64,000 nt of DNA, taken from Gemmatimonadales bacterium. Lineage in GTDB: Bacteria; Gemmatimonadota; Gemmatimonadetes; Gemmatimonadales; JACORV01. The stretch lies in assembly GCA_035502185.1 (NCBI GenBank), contig DATJUT010000011.1, forward strand, positions 17,228 through 81,227, read 5' to 3'. Of this stretch, positions 17,850 through 26,672 are shown in pieces. Under the pieces are notes generated by a model, which worked only from the letters and a program-made list of their open reading frames with translations, had not been told where the DNA came from and searched no databases. Each line of letters begins with the position of its first letter. The first letter of the stretch is position 1. Made by a program: the position numbers and the translations under genes.

Positions 17850-18661
17850 AGGTGGTGCTGTTCTGCGGCGGCATGGGCATGCGCCTGCGGGAGTACTCCG
17901 ACGCGGTGCCGAAGCCGATGGTGCCCGTCGGGCCGCGGCCGATCCTCTGGAACCTGATGAAGTACTACGCCCACTACGGGCACAAGGACTTCGTGCTGTG
18001 CCTCGGTCACCAGGGCGAAGTGATCAAGAACTACTTCCTGAACTACAACGAGGCCACGTCGAACGACTTCGTCCTGTCCGCCGGCGGGCGCAAGCTGGAG
18101 CTGATCAACCAGGACATCGACGAATGGACCATCACCTTCGCCGACACCGGCCTGCGCTCGAACATCGGCCAGCGGCTGAAGGCCGTGGAGCGCTACCTCG
18201 AGGGCGAGGACGTGTTCCTGGCGAACTACGCCGACGGGCTGACGGACCTGCCCCTGCCCGACACGATCGCGCACTTCCAGGCCAAGCAGGCCATCGCCAG
18301 CTTCGTGTCCGTGCGTCCGAGCCAGAGCTTCCACGTGGTGCGGATGCGCGACGGCGACGCGGTCGACGCGCTCCAGCACGTGACCAAGACGGACATCTGG
18401 GTGAACGCCGGCTTCTTCACGCTGCGCAAGGAGATCTTCCAGTACCTGCACGAGGGCGAGGAGCTGGTCTACGAGCCCTTCCAGCGGCTGATGAAGGAAG
18501 GCCGCCTCTACTCGTACAAGTACGACGGCTTCTTCCTCGCGATGGACACCTTCAAGGAGAAACAGCAGCTGGACGAGATGTCCGCCCAGGGGAACACGCC
18601 GTGGGAGGTCTGGAGGACCGCGAGGAACCGCCGCGCCGGCGGCGGGAAGCCGGGGGCCTGA
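17846..18661 (+). CDS. rfbF: Glucose-1-phosphate cytidylyltransferase
   Basis: This is the 3' part of tracked ORF 17180..18661. It contains MKVVLFCGGMGMRLREYSDAVPKPMVPVG, RPILWNLMKYY and DGFFLAMDTFKEKQQL. There is an ATGA overlap with the ugd stop. Confidence 0.9.
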   Translation: MKVVLFCGGMGMRLREYSDAVPKPMVPVGPRPILWNLMKYYAHYGHKDFVLCLGHQGEVIKNYFLNYNEATSNDFVLSAGGRKLELINQDIDEWTITFADTGLRSNIGQRLKAVERYLEGEDVFLANYADGLTDLPLPDTIAHFQAKQAIASFVSVRPSQSFHVVRMRDGDAVDALQHVTKTDIWVNAGFFTLRKEIFQYLHEGEELVYEPFQRLMKEGRLYSYKYDGFFLAMDTFKEKQQLDEMSAQGNTPWEVWRTARNRRAGGGKPGA

Positions 18662-18668
18662 CGGGGCG

Positions 18669-19199
18669 ATGATCTTCACCGAGACCGCGATCCCCGGGGT
18701 GGTCATCCTGGACGTCAAGCGGATCGAGGACGCGCGGGGCTGGTTCGGCCGGGTGTGGTGCGAGGACGAGCTGCGCCAGCACGGCATCGAGGCGCGGGTG
18801 GCGCAGGTGAACGCCGCCCACAACCTGCGGCGCGGCACGGTGCGCGGTCTCCACTTCCAGGCGGACCCGCACGCCGAGACGAAGGTCGTGCGCTGCACCC
18901 GCGGGGCCGTGTTCGACGTCGCCGTGGACCTGCGCCCGACCTCGCCGACCCGCACGCAGTGGGTCGGCGTCGAGCTCTCGGCCGACAACGGCCGGATGCT
19001 GGTCGTGCCCCCGGGCTGCGCCCACGGCTACCAGACCCTCGAGGACGACACGGACCTGCTGTACCTCACGTCCGCCCTGTACGCTCCCGCCGCCGCCGGC
19101 GGCGTGCGCCACGACGATCCCGCCTTCGGCGTCCGCTGGCCGCTGCCGGTCGCCGTGATCTCGCCGGCGGACGCCGGCTGGCCGCGGTTCGAGGGCTAA
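18669..19199 (+). CDS. dTDP-4-dehydrorhamnose 3,5-epimerase-family cupin (RfbC-like)
   Basis: Tracked 176-aa ORF. It contains DARGWFGRVW, RGLHFQ, VVRCTRGAVFDVAVDLR and PPGCAHGY. Confidence 0.85.
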   Translation: MIFTETAIPGVVILDVKRIEDARGWFGRVWCEDELRQHGIEARVAQVNAAHNLRRGTVRGLHFQADPHAETKVVRCTRGAVFDVAVDLRPTSPTRTQWVGVELSADNGRMLVVPPGCAHGYQTLEDDTDLLYLTSALYAPAAAGGVRHDDPAFGVRWPLPVAVISPADAGWPRFEG

Positions 19200-19250
19200 T
19201 GGGTCCCGGGTCACCGCATCTCCCTTCCACGGGCAGAGGACGCTGAGGCC

Positions 19251-20534
19251 ATGGTCATCGTCGACGCTGCGCTCGAGGCCCGCCAGGCGGCGGGGAAGCC
19301 GCTGCGGGTCGGACTCGTCGGAGCCGGAGTGATGGGGCGGATGATCGCGCTCCAGTTCCTGACGCCGCTGACGGGCCTGCGCCTGGTGGCCGTCGCGAAC
19401 CGGACCCTGGCGCGCGCCCAACAGGCGTACCGCGAAGGCGGGGTGGACACGACCGTCACGGCGACGTCCGCCGGCGCCCTGGAACGCGCGATCGAGCAGA
19501 ACGTCTGCGCGGTCACCGACGACGCGCGGCTGCTGTGCGAGGCCGGCAACGTCGACGTCGTCATCGACGCCACGGGGGCCGTGGAGTTCGGCGCCGGCAT
19601 CGCCCTCGACGCCATCCGGCACCGCAAGCACGTGGTGTTGGTGAACGCCGAGCTCGACTCGACGCTCGGACCGGTGCTCAAGGCGCACGCCGACCGGGCC
19701 GGCGTCGTGATCACCAACACCGACGGCGACGAGCCCGGCGTGGCGATGAACCTGCTGCGCTACCTGCGCACGCTGGGGCTGCGCCCCGTGGCCGCCGGCA
19801 ACCTCAAGGGCATGATCGACGTCTACCGGACCCCCGAGACGCAGAAGGGATTCGCGGAGAAGTACGGCCAGAATCCCGCGATCGTCACGTCGTTCGCCGA
19901 CGGCACCAAGCTGGCGATGGAGGAGACCATCCTCGCCAACGCGGCGGGCTTCCGGGTGGGCAAGCGCGGGATGTACGGGCCGAAGTGCGCCCACGTGAAC
20001 GAGATCGCCGGCCTGCTCCCGGCCGAGCAGATGCTGGACGGCGGGCTGGTGGACTACGCCCTGGGCGCCGCGCCGTACACCGGGGCGTTCGTGGTGGTGC
20101 ACGAGGTGCACCCCGTCAAGCAGAAGCACCTCGCCTACCTCAAGATGGGCGACGGCCCGTTCTACGTGTTCTACACGCCGTTCCATCTCCCGCACGTGCA
20201 GGTGCCGTCCACGGCGGCGCGCGCGGGCCTGTTCGGCGACGCCACCACCGCGCCGCTCCGGGGGCCGGCCACCGAGGTGATCGCCGTGGCCAAGAAGGAC
20301 CTGGCCAAGGGTGAGCGCCTCGACGGCGTCGGGGGATTCGCCGCCTACGGCGTCATCGAGAACAGCCCGGTGGTGCGGCGCGACGGCCTGCTCCCGATGG
20401 GACTCGCCGAGGGCTGCGTGGTGCAGCGGGCGCTGCCGAAGGACAGCCCCATCCGCCTCGCCGACGTCCAGCGGCCCGCGGGGCGGTTGTGCGACACCCT
20501 GTACGCCGAGCAGTGCGAGCGGTTCCCGAGCTGA
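19251..20534 (+). CDS. NAD(P)-binding oxidoreductase with a C-terminal SAF-like domain (homoserine-dehydrogenase-like fold)
   Basis: Tracked 427-aa ORF. The N-terminus has VGLVGAGVMGRM (Rossmann). The composition is protein-like throughout. The family call comes from overall resemblance only. Confidence 0.65.
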   Translation: MVIVDAALEARQAAGKPLRVGLVGAGVMGRMIALQFLTPLTGLRLVAVANRTLARAQQAYREGGVDTTVTATSAGALERAIEQNVCAVTDDARLLCEAGNVDVVIDATGAVEFGAGIALDAIRHRKHVVLVNAELDSTLGPVLKAHADRAGVVITNTDGDEPGVAMNLLRYLRTLGLRPVAAGNLKGMIDVYRTPETQKGFAEKYGQNPAIVTSFADGTKLAMEETILANAAGFRVGKRGMYGPKCAHVNEIAGLLPAEQMLDGGLVDYALGAAPYTGAFVVVHEVHPVKQKHLAYLKMGDGPFYVFYTPFHLPHVQVPSTAARAGLFGDATTAPLRGPATEVIAVAKKDLAKGERLDGVGGFAAYGVIENSPVVRRDGLLPMGLAEGCVVQRALPKDSPIRLADVQRPAGRLCDTLYAEQCERFPS

Positions 20535-20579
20535 TCGCCCTTCGCGCCTCCCGGTGAGGCGCCCTTCAGGAGCGTCACC

Positions 20580-21887
20580 ATGGGTTTCGAGAAGTCGCTG
20601 CGCCTCCGGCCCCGCTTCAACGAGATCATCCCGGGCGGGTGCCACACCTACGCCAAGGGCGACGACCAGTTCCCCGAGTTCTGCGCCCCGTACATCGTGC
20701 GCGGCAAGGGCTCGCACCTCTGGGACGTCGACGGCAACGAGTACATCGAGTACGGCATGGGCCTGCGGTCCGTGACCCTCGGGCACGCCTACCCGGCCGT
20801 GGTCGAGGCCGCGCACGCCCAGATGCTGCTGGGCAACAACTTCAACCGGCCCGCCACGATCGAGCTGGAGTGCGCCGAGGACCTGCTCGGCTTCATCGCG
20901 GGCGCGGAGATGGTGAAGTTCGCGAAGAACGGCTCGGACGTGCTCAACGGAGCGGTGCGGCTGGCCCGGGCGCACACCGGGCGCGACCTCATCGCCATCC
21001 CCGCCGAGCATCCGTTCTTCTCCGTCGAGGACTGGTTCATCGGGACGACGGCAATCAACGCCGGCATCCCGCAGGCCATCAAGGACCTGACGGTGAAGTT
21101 CCACTACAACGACATCGCCAGCGTCAAGGCGATGTTCGAGGCCCACAAGGGCAAGATCGCCTGCGTCATCCTCGAGGCGGAGCGCGAGACCCCGCCGAAG
21201 GACAACTTCCTCCACGAGCTGCAGCGCCTGTGCCGGGAGAACGGCACCGTGTTCGTGATCGACGAGATGATCACCGGGTTCCGCTGGGACAACGGCGGCG
21301 CACAGAAGGTCCACGGCATCGTGCCCGACCTGTCCACCTTCGGCAAGGCGATCGCCAACGGCTTCTCGCTCGCCGCCCTGGTGGGGAAGAAGGAGCTGAT
21401 GGAGGTGGGCGGGCTGCACCACAAGAAGGAACGGGTGTGGCTGCTGTCGCTGACGCACGGCGCCGAGAACCACTCGCTGGCGGCGGCCCGGGCCACGATG
21501 CAGATCTACCGCACCGAGCCCGTGATCGAGACGCTGCGTCAGCGGGGCGAGCAGCTGCGCGCCGGCATCGAGCGCTCGGTCGCGGAGCTGAAGCTCGACG
21601 GGTACTTCGGCGTGATGGGGAAGGCCTGCTGCCTGCTGTACTTCACCCGCGACCCCGAGAAGAAGCCCTCGCAGCCGTTCCGGACGCTGTTCCTGCAGGA
21701 GACGATCAAGCGCGGGCTCCTGGCGCCGCAGCTGATCGTCAGCTACTCGCACAGCGAGGCCGACGTCCGCCGCACCGTCGAGGCGATCCACGAGGCGCTG
21801 GTGGTGTACCGCAAGGCGCTGGACGAGGGGGTCGGCAAGTACCTCGTCGGCCGCCCGGTGGCACCGGTGTACCGGAAGTTCAACTAG
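20580..21887 (+). CDS. Class-III aminotransferase (glutamate-1-semialdehyde aminomutase-like)
   Basis: Tracked 435-aa ORF. It contains IPGGCHTYAKG, GSHLWDVDGNEYIEY, VFVIDEMITGFR and DLSTFGKAIANG (PLP Lys). Confidence 0.8.
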   Translation: MGFEKSLRLRPRFNEIIPGGCHTYAKGDDQFPEFCAPYIVRGKGSHLWDVDGNEYIEYGMGLRSVTLGHAYPAVVEAAHAQMLLGNNFNRPATIELECAEDLLGFIAGAEMVKFAKNGSDVLNGAVRLARAHTGRDLIAIPAEHPFFSVEDWFIGTTAINAGIPQAIKDLTVKFHYNDIASVKAMFEAHKGKIACVILEAERETPPKDNFLHELQRLCRENGTVFVIDEMITGFRWDNGGAQKVHGIVPDLSTFGKAIANGFSLAALVGKKELMEVGGLHHKKERVWLLSLTHGAENHSLAAARATMQIYRTEPVIETLRQRGEQLRAGIERSVAELKLDGYFGVMGKACCLLYFTRDPEKKPSQPFRTLFLQETIKRGLLAPQLIVSYSHSEADVRRTVEAIHEALVVYRKALDEGVGKYLVGRPVAPVYRKFN

Positions 21888-21969
21888 CCCGCGCCAGTCA
21901 CCCGACCGCCGGGACCATGACCACCGACGCCACCGCGCCAGCCGGCCGGCGCGCCCACCCGGGCGCGCC

Positions 21970-23553
21970 ATGACGACGCCCGCCGGGACGACGCCCGCCG
22001 CAACGGCGCCCGCCGGCCAGCGCGTGACGCGCCCCCGGACCACGCGCAACGTCCTGCTCGCGTGGGCGGCGTTCGCGTTCAACGTCGTCATCTCCTTCTT
22101 CCTCTCCCCGTTCATCGTCCACCGGCTCGGCAACGCCGAGTACGGCGTGTGGGTGCTGCTGGGCTCCCTGGTGGGCTACATGGGGCTGCTCGACCTCGGC
22201 GTCCGCAGCGCCGTGATGCGCTACGTCGCGCGGCACCACGCCCGGGGCGAGGACGAGGACGCCGGCCGCGTCGCCTCCGCCGGCCTGATGATCTTCACGG
22301 CGGCCGGCCTGGTCGCCGTCACCGGCTCGGTGGTGATCGCGGTGCTGCTGGAGCACCTGTTCAAGATCCCCCCCGAGACGCTGCTCATCGCGCGGATCGT
22401 GGTGATCGTCGGGGGCCTCAACGTGGCGGTCTCCCTGGTGACCGGCGTGTTCGGGGGGACGGTCACCGCGATGCAGCGGTTCGACCTGGACGCGGTCATC
22501 GGCATCGCAATCGGCGCGGTGCGCACGGTCACGCTGGTGGCGGCGCTGCGGGCCGGGGGCGGCCTGCTCGCCCTCGCGTTCATCCAGCTCGGCTGCACGG
22601 TGCTCCAGGGCGGCGTGTACTTCGCCGTGACCCGGCGGCTGTACCCGCAGCTCCGCTACCGCCTGCACAAGCTCCGGCGCGACGAGCTGCGCACCATCTT
22701 CTCCTTCAGCATCTACTCGAGCCTGATCAACCTCTCGTCGGTGCTGACGTTCTCGCTGAACTCCGTCATCATCGGGGCCAATCTGCCGGTCGCCATGATC
22801 ACGTTCTACGCGATTCCGGCCACGCTCATGGACTACACCCGCTCGATCATCAGCGCCATCTCGCAGACGATGACGCCGCGGGCCAGCGCCCTGGACGGTC
22901 TGGGCGCGCACCGGGAACTCGAGAAGGTGTTGTTGCAGGCCGGCATGATCTCGTCGCTGGTGGCGCTGCCGATCACCATCACGTTCATGCTCAGGGGCAG
23001 CGCCTTCATCGGGCTGTGGATGGGGCCCAGCTACGCCGCGACCTCCGGCCAGATCCTGCTCATCCTGGCGGTGGCGCTCTCGATGGCCGCCGGCCGGCAG
23101 GTGGTCGGCAGCACGATGATCGGCGTGAATCGCCACCGCGACCTGGTGCCGTTCTACCTCGGCGAGGGGCTGATCAACCTCGGTCTCAGCGTCTACTGGA
23201 TCCGCAGCCTCGGGCTGCTGGGCGTCGCGCTCGGCACGGCCGTGCCGAACCTGGTGACCACGCTGCTCGTGGCGCCGTGGATCGTGCACCGGGTGCTCGG
23301 CACGCCGGTGCGCACCATGATGACCGCGCTGTGGCTGCGCCCGCTCGCGGCGATGATCCCGTTCACGGCGGCCACCTGGGCCGTGGAGCGCCTGTGGCCC
23401 GCCCGGGGGCTGCTGACCTTCTTCGCCGGCGTCGCCGTCACGCTTCCGGTCGCCGCCGCCGGCGCGTGGTTTCTCGCCATTTCCCCCGCCGAGCGGAGCA
23501 GTCTGGCGGCCTCGCTGCGGCGGCTGGTGCGCTCCACCCTGGGGCGCGGCTAG
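21970..23553 (+). CDS. Polysaccharide flippase (MOP/Wzx-like), paralog 1
   Basis: Tracked 527-aa ORF, strongly hydrophobic with multiple predicted TM segments. It is collinear with the paralog at 25098..26672. Confidence 0.8.
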   Translation: MTTPAGTTPAATAPAGQRVTRPRTTRNVLLAWAAFAFNVVISFFLSPFIVHRLGNAEYGVWVLLGSLVGYMGLLDLGVRSAVMRYVARHHARGEDEDAGRVASAGLMIFTAAGLVAVTGSVVIAVLLEHLFKIPPETLLIARIVVIVGGLNVAVSLVTGVFGGTVTAMQRFDLDAVIGIAIGAVRTVTLVAALRAGGGLLALAFIQLGCTVLQGGVYFAVTRRLYPQLRYRLHKLRRDELRTIFSFSIYSSLINLSSVLTFSLNSVIIGANLPVAMITFYAIPATLMDYTRSIISAISQTMTPRASALDGLGAHRELEKVLLQAGMISSLVALPITITFMLRGSAFIGLWMGPSYAATSGQILLILAVALSMAAGRQVVGSTMIGVNRHRDLVPFYLGEGLINLGLSVYWIRSLGLLGVALGTAVPNLVTTLLVAPWIVHRVLGTPVRTMMTALWLRPLAAMIPFTAATWAVERLWPARGLLTFFAGVAVTLPVAAAGAWFLAISPAERSSLAASLRRLVRSTLGRG

Positions 23554-23613
23554 GGCGACCGCTCCGGCGGGACGCCGGCCCGGCGCGGGGCCCGACCCGA
23601 CGCGAGCGTCTGG

Positions 23614-24999
23614 CTAGAAGAGCTGGAGGGCCGGCTGCGGCGTCGGCAACCCGGACGATGCGGCCGCGGTCCCCGCCAGGCAAAGCAGGTGATCGTACTG
23701 GACCAGGAGCTCGGCGAGGTCGCGTCCGCGCCGCTCCGCCAGAGCGGCCCGCACGGACGGCAGATCCGACGCCAACCGCTTCACCCGCTCGAGCAGCGCC
23801 GACCCGCTCAATCCCTCGATCGCGAGACACCAGGCTCCGAGGCCGAAGTGCTCCATAAGGTCGCGCGTCTTGGGATGGTACGCGACCGCCACCGTCGGCA
23901 CGCCCGACGCGAGGGCCAGCAGGACGCCGTGGTAACGCGTCGCGACCGCGAGGTCGAAGCCCTCGATCAGCTCGAGCAGGCCCGTCACCTCCGAGATGCC
24001 GGTCGCAGTCTCGACCGCGCGCGCCGCGTCCGGTGCGAGGGAGCGCAGGCGCTCGACCACGTCGCGGATCGGCTCGGGATCCATGACGATCTGGGTGCCG
24101 AACAGCACCACGCGCCACCCCTGCTCGACGAGGCCGCGCGCCGCCACGGCGTGCGCCTCCACGTAGGCGTCGTAGGGTGCGCGGTCGTGCAGCTGCCAGT
24201 TCGCCCCGCCGTAGATCGACAGCGGGTTGATGCCCACGCAGGGCGTCCGCGCGGCGCGCGCCGGCAGCGCGGATGCGGCGAGCCGCGGGTGACTGAGGGC
24301 CAGGTCCCGCACCAGGAGGTTGGGCTCCGGCGCGCCGAGGCCGCGGGCGACCGCCAGCGAGGTCGGGTCGCGAAACGAGCGGTGGGCCGCGAGCCGCAGC
24401 GCGAGACGGAGGAACAGCCGGCCCAGGCGGGTGTCCGCGGGGCCGGCGCCCATGCTCGCGATGCTGACCGCCGCGCCCCGGAGCCGGGCCAGGACCGACC
24501 AGCGCAGGACCGTCAGGGGATAGGCGAACGGGCCGCCCACGTCGTCGCTCAGCTGGGCGGACCCCGTGAAGACCACCACCCGCACGCGCCGCAGGCGCCG
24601 ATACGACTGGACGTCGAAGCGGAGCTCGCGCCCGACGCCGATCGCGGCGCGCACCACGAGGGCCGCGGGTCGCAGCAGCGCCTTGAGCCACCGGATCCGC
24701 CGGACGCGATCGGCGGCGCGAGCGGTCCAGGCGCGCGGGCCGTCGGCCTGCGGCTCCGGGCCGCGAGCCGCCGACAGCGGGCGGATCGGGAACGCCGGGA
24801 CCCCGTGACGCGCGGCGGTGTCCGGCGGGTTCGACGTGAACGCCGTCAGCTCCACGCCGGGTGCCGCCGCCCGCAGCCGCGCCACGACCGCGGCGACGAT
24901 GGTTTCGTCGCCGAGGTTGCCGTTCCCGACGTGGCCGAGCAGGGCGATGCGCGGCGTCGCAGTCACTCGGTGCGTCCCCCCCCCGCGGTGGACAACCAT
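23614..24999 (-). CDS. Polysaccharide pyruvyl transferase family protein
   Basis: Tracked ORF 23614..25032. It contains IALLGHVGNGNLGDE near the N-terminus and ATRYHGVLLALASGVPTVAVAYHPKTRDLM near the C-terminus. The start is uncertain (ATG 25032, ATG 24999 or GTG 24966). Confidence 0.75.
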   Translation of the reverse strand: MVVHRGGGTHRVTATPRIALLGHVGNGNLGDETIVAAVVARLRAAAPGVELTAFTSNPPDTAARHGVPAFPIRPLSAARGPEPQADGPRAWTARAADRVRRIRWLKALLRPAALVVRAAIGVGRELRFDVQSYRRLRRVRVVVFTGSAQLSDDVGGPFAYPLTVLRWSVLARLRGAAVSIASMGAGPADTRLGRLFLRLALRLAAHRSFRDPTSLAVARGLGAPEPNLLVRDLALSHPRLAASALPARAARTPCVGINPLSIYGGANWQLHDRAPYDAYVEAHAVAARGLVEQGWRVVLFGTQIVMDPEPIRDVVERLRSLAPDAARAVETATGISEVTGLLELIEGFDLAVATRYHGVLLALASGVPTVAVAYHPKTRDLMEHFGLGAWCLAIEGLSGSALLERVKRLASDLPSVRAALAERRGRDLAELLVQYDHLLCLAGTAAASSGLPTPQPALQLF

Positions 25000-25097
25000 C
25001 CTAACTCCGGGGCGCCCCGGGGGACAACGCACGGCCGTGTATCGGACCTGTCACGGCCCCTGGCGGGGGCGGCACGCCCCTGGTTACGGTTGCTGCC

Positions 25098-26672
25098 GTG
25101 CAACAGCCCGGCGATCAGGCCGCCCAGCCGCGTTCCGAGCGCGTGACCACGCCGCGCACCGCCCGCAACGTGCTCCTGGCGTGGGCCGCGTTCGCGTTCA
25201 CCGTCGTCGTCAACTTCTTCCTCTCCCCGTTCATCGTCCACACGCTGGGCAACACCGAGTACGGCGTGTGGGTGCTGCTCGCGTCGCTGGTGGGTTACAT
25301 GGGGCTCCTCGACCTCGGCGTCCGGGGCGCCGTGTCGCGCTACATCGCGCGCCACCACGCCCGGGTCGAGGACGAGGAGGCCGGCCGCGTCGCGTCCGCC
25401 GGCCTGGCCATCTTCTCCGCCGCCGGCCTGGTCGCCCTCGCCGCCTCGGTGGTGATCGCGCTCGCGCTCGAGCACCTGTTCAAGATCCCGCCCGGGACGC
25501 TGCTCGTCGCCCGGATCGTGGTAGTCCTGGGCGGGCTCAACGTCGCGGTCTCGCTGGTGAGCGGGGTGTTCGGCGGCGCGGTGACCGCGATGCAGCGGTT
25601 CGACCTCGACGCGGTGGTCGGCATCGGCATCGGCGCACTGCGCGCGGTGGCCCTCCTGGCGGCGCTGAGCGCGGGGGGCGGCCTGCTCGCGCTGGCGCTG
25701 GTCCAGCTCGGCTGCACGCTGCTCCAGACCCTGGTGTACTTCGTGCTGACGGCCCGACTGTATCCGGAGCTGCGCTACCGCCTGCGCGGCCTCGACGGCG
25801 CCGAGCTGCGGAAGATCTTCTCCTTCAGCGTCTACTCCAGCCTGCTGCACTTCTCGGCGGCGCTGATCTACTCGGCCGACGCGCTGGTCATCGGGGCCTT
25901 CCTTCCGGTCGCCAGCGTCACCTACTTCGCCATCGCGTCCACGCTCACGGACTACACCCGCTCCATCATCGGCGCCATCTCGAGAACGATGACCCCGCGG
26001 GCCAGCGCCCTCGACGGCCTCGGCGCGCGGCAGGAGCTGGAGCAGGTCCTCCTCAAGGCCGGCGCGGTCTCCTCGCTGGTGACGCTCCCGATCACGATCA
26101 CCTTCATCCTGCGGGGCGGCGCGTTCATCGGGCTGTGGATGGGGCCGGGCTACGCGGCGACCTCGGGCCGGATCCTGGTCATCCTCGCCGTCGCGCTCTC
26201 CCTGGCCGCGGGCCGGCAGGTGGTGGCGAGCACGGTGATCGGCGTGAACCGCCACCGCGAGATGGTGCCGTTCTACATCGCCGAGGCGCTCATCAACGTC
26301 GGCCTCAGCGTGTACTGGATCCGCAGCCTCGGCCTGGTGGGCGTCGCCCTCGGCACCACCGTGCCGAACCTGGTCACGACCCTGCTGGTGACGCCCTGGA
26401 TGGTGCGCCGGGTGATGGGCACCCCGCTGCGGACCATCTGGCGGGAGATGTGGCTGCGGCCCATCGCCGCGATGGTCCCGTTCGCGGCGGCGACCTGGGC
26501 CGTGGAGCACCGGTGGCCCGCGCACGGGCTCGCGTCGTTCTTCGCCGGCGTCGTCCTCACCCTCCCGGTCGCCGCCGCCGGCGCCTGGCTCGTCGCGCTC
26601 ACCGCCGACGAGCGGCGGGCGCTCCGCTCCGCGCTGCGCCGGCTCCCCCCGTTCGCGGCGAGTCGCGCCTGA
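25098..26672 (+). CDS. Polysaccharide flippase (MOP/Wzx-like), paralog 2
   Basis: Tracked 524-aa ORF. It aligns without gaps by eye to the 21970..23553 product over almost its full length. Confidence 0.8.
   Translation: MQQPGDQAAQPRSERVTTPRTARNVLLAWAAFAFTVVVNFFLSPFIVHTLGNTEYGVWVLLASLVGYMGLLDLGVRGAVSRYIARHHARVEDEEAGRVASAGLAIFSAAGLVALAASVVIALALEHLFKIPPGTLLVARIVVVLGGLNVAVSLVSGVFGGAVTAMQRFDLDAVVGIGIGALRAVALLAALSAGGGLLALALVQLGCTLLQTLVYFVLTARLYPELRYRLRGLDGAELRKIFSFSVYSSLLHFSAALIYSADALVIGAFLPVASVTYFAIASTLTDYTRSIIGAISRTMTPRASALDGLGARQELEQVLLKAGAVSSLVTLPITITFILRGGAFIGLWMGPGYAATSGRILVILAVALSLAAGRQVVASTVIGVNRHREMVPFYIAEALINVGLSVYWIRSLGLVGVALGTTVPNLVTTLLVTPWMVRRVMGTPLRTIWREMWLRPIAAMVPFAAATWAVEHRWPAHGLASFFAGVVLTLPVAAAGAWLVALTADERRALRSALRRLPPFAASRA

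Noticed and set aside
18552-22133. 1193-aa minus-strand ORF across the nucleotide-sugar genes
   Set aside because: It is antisense to four plus-strand genes with clear motifs (RfbC-like, SAF oxidoreductase, aminotransferase, flippase start). Its composition is dominated by Arg/Gly/Pro/His/Asp runs.
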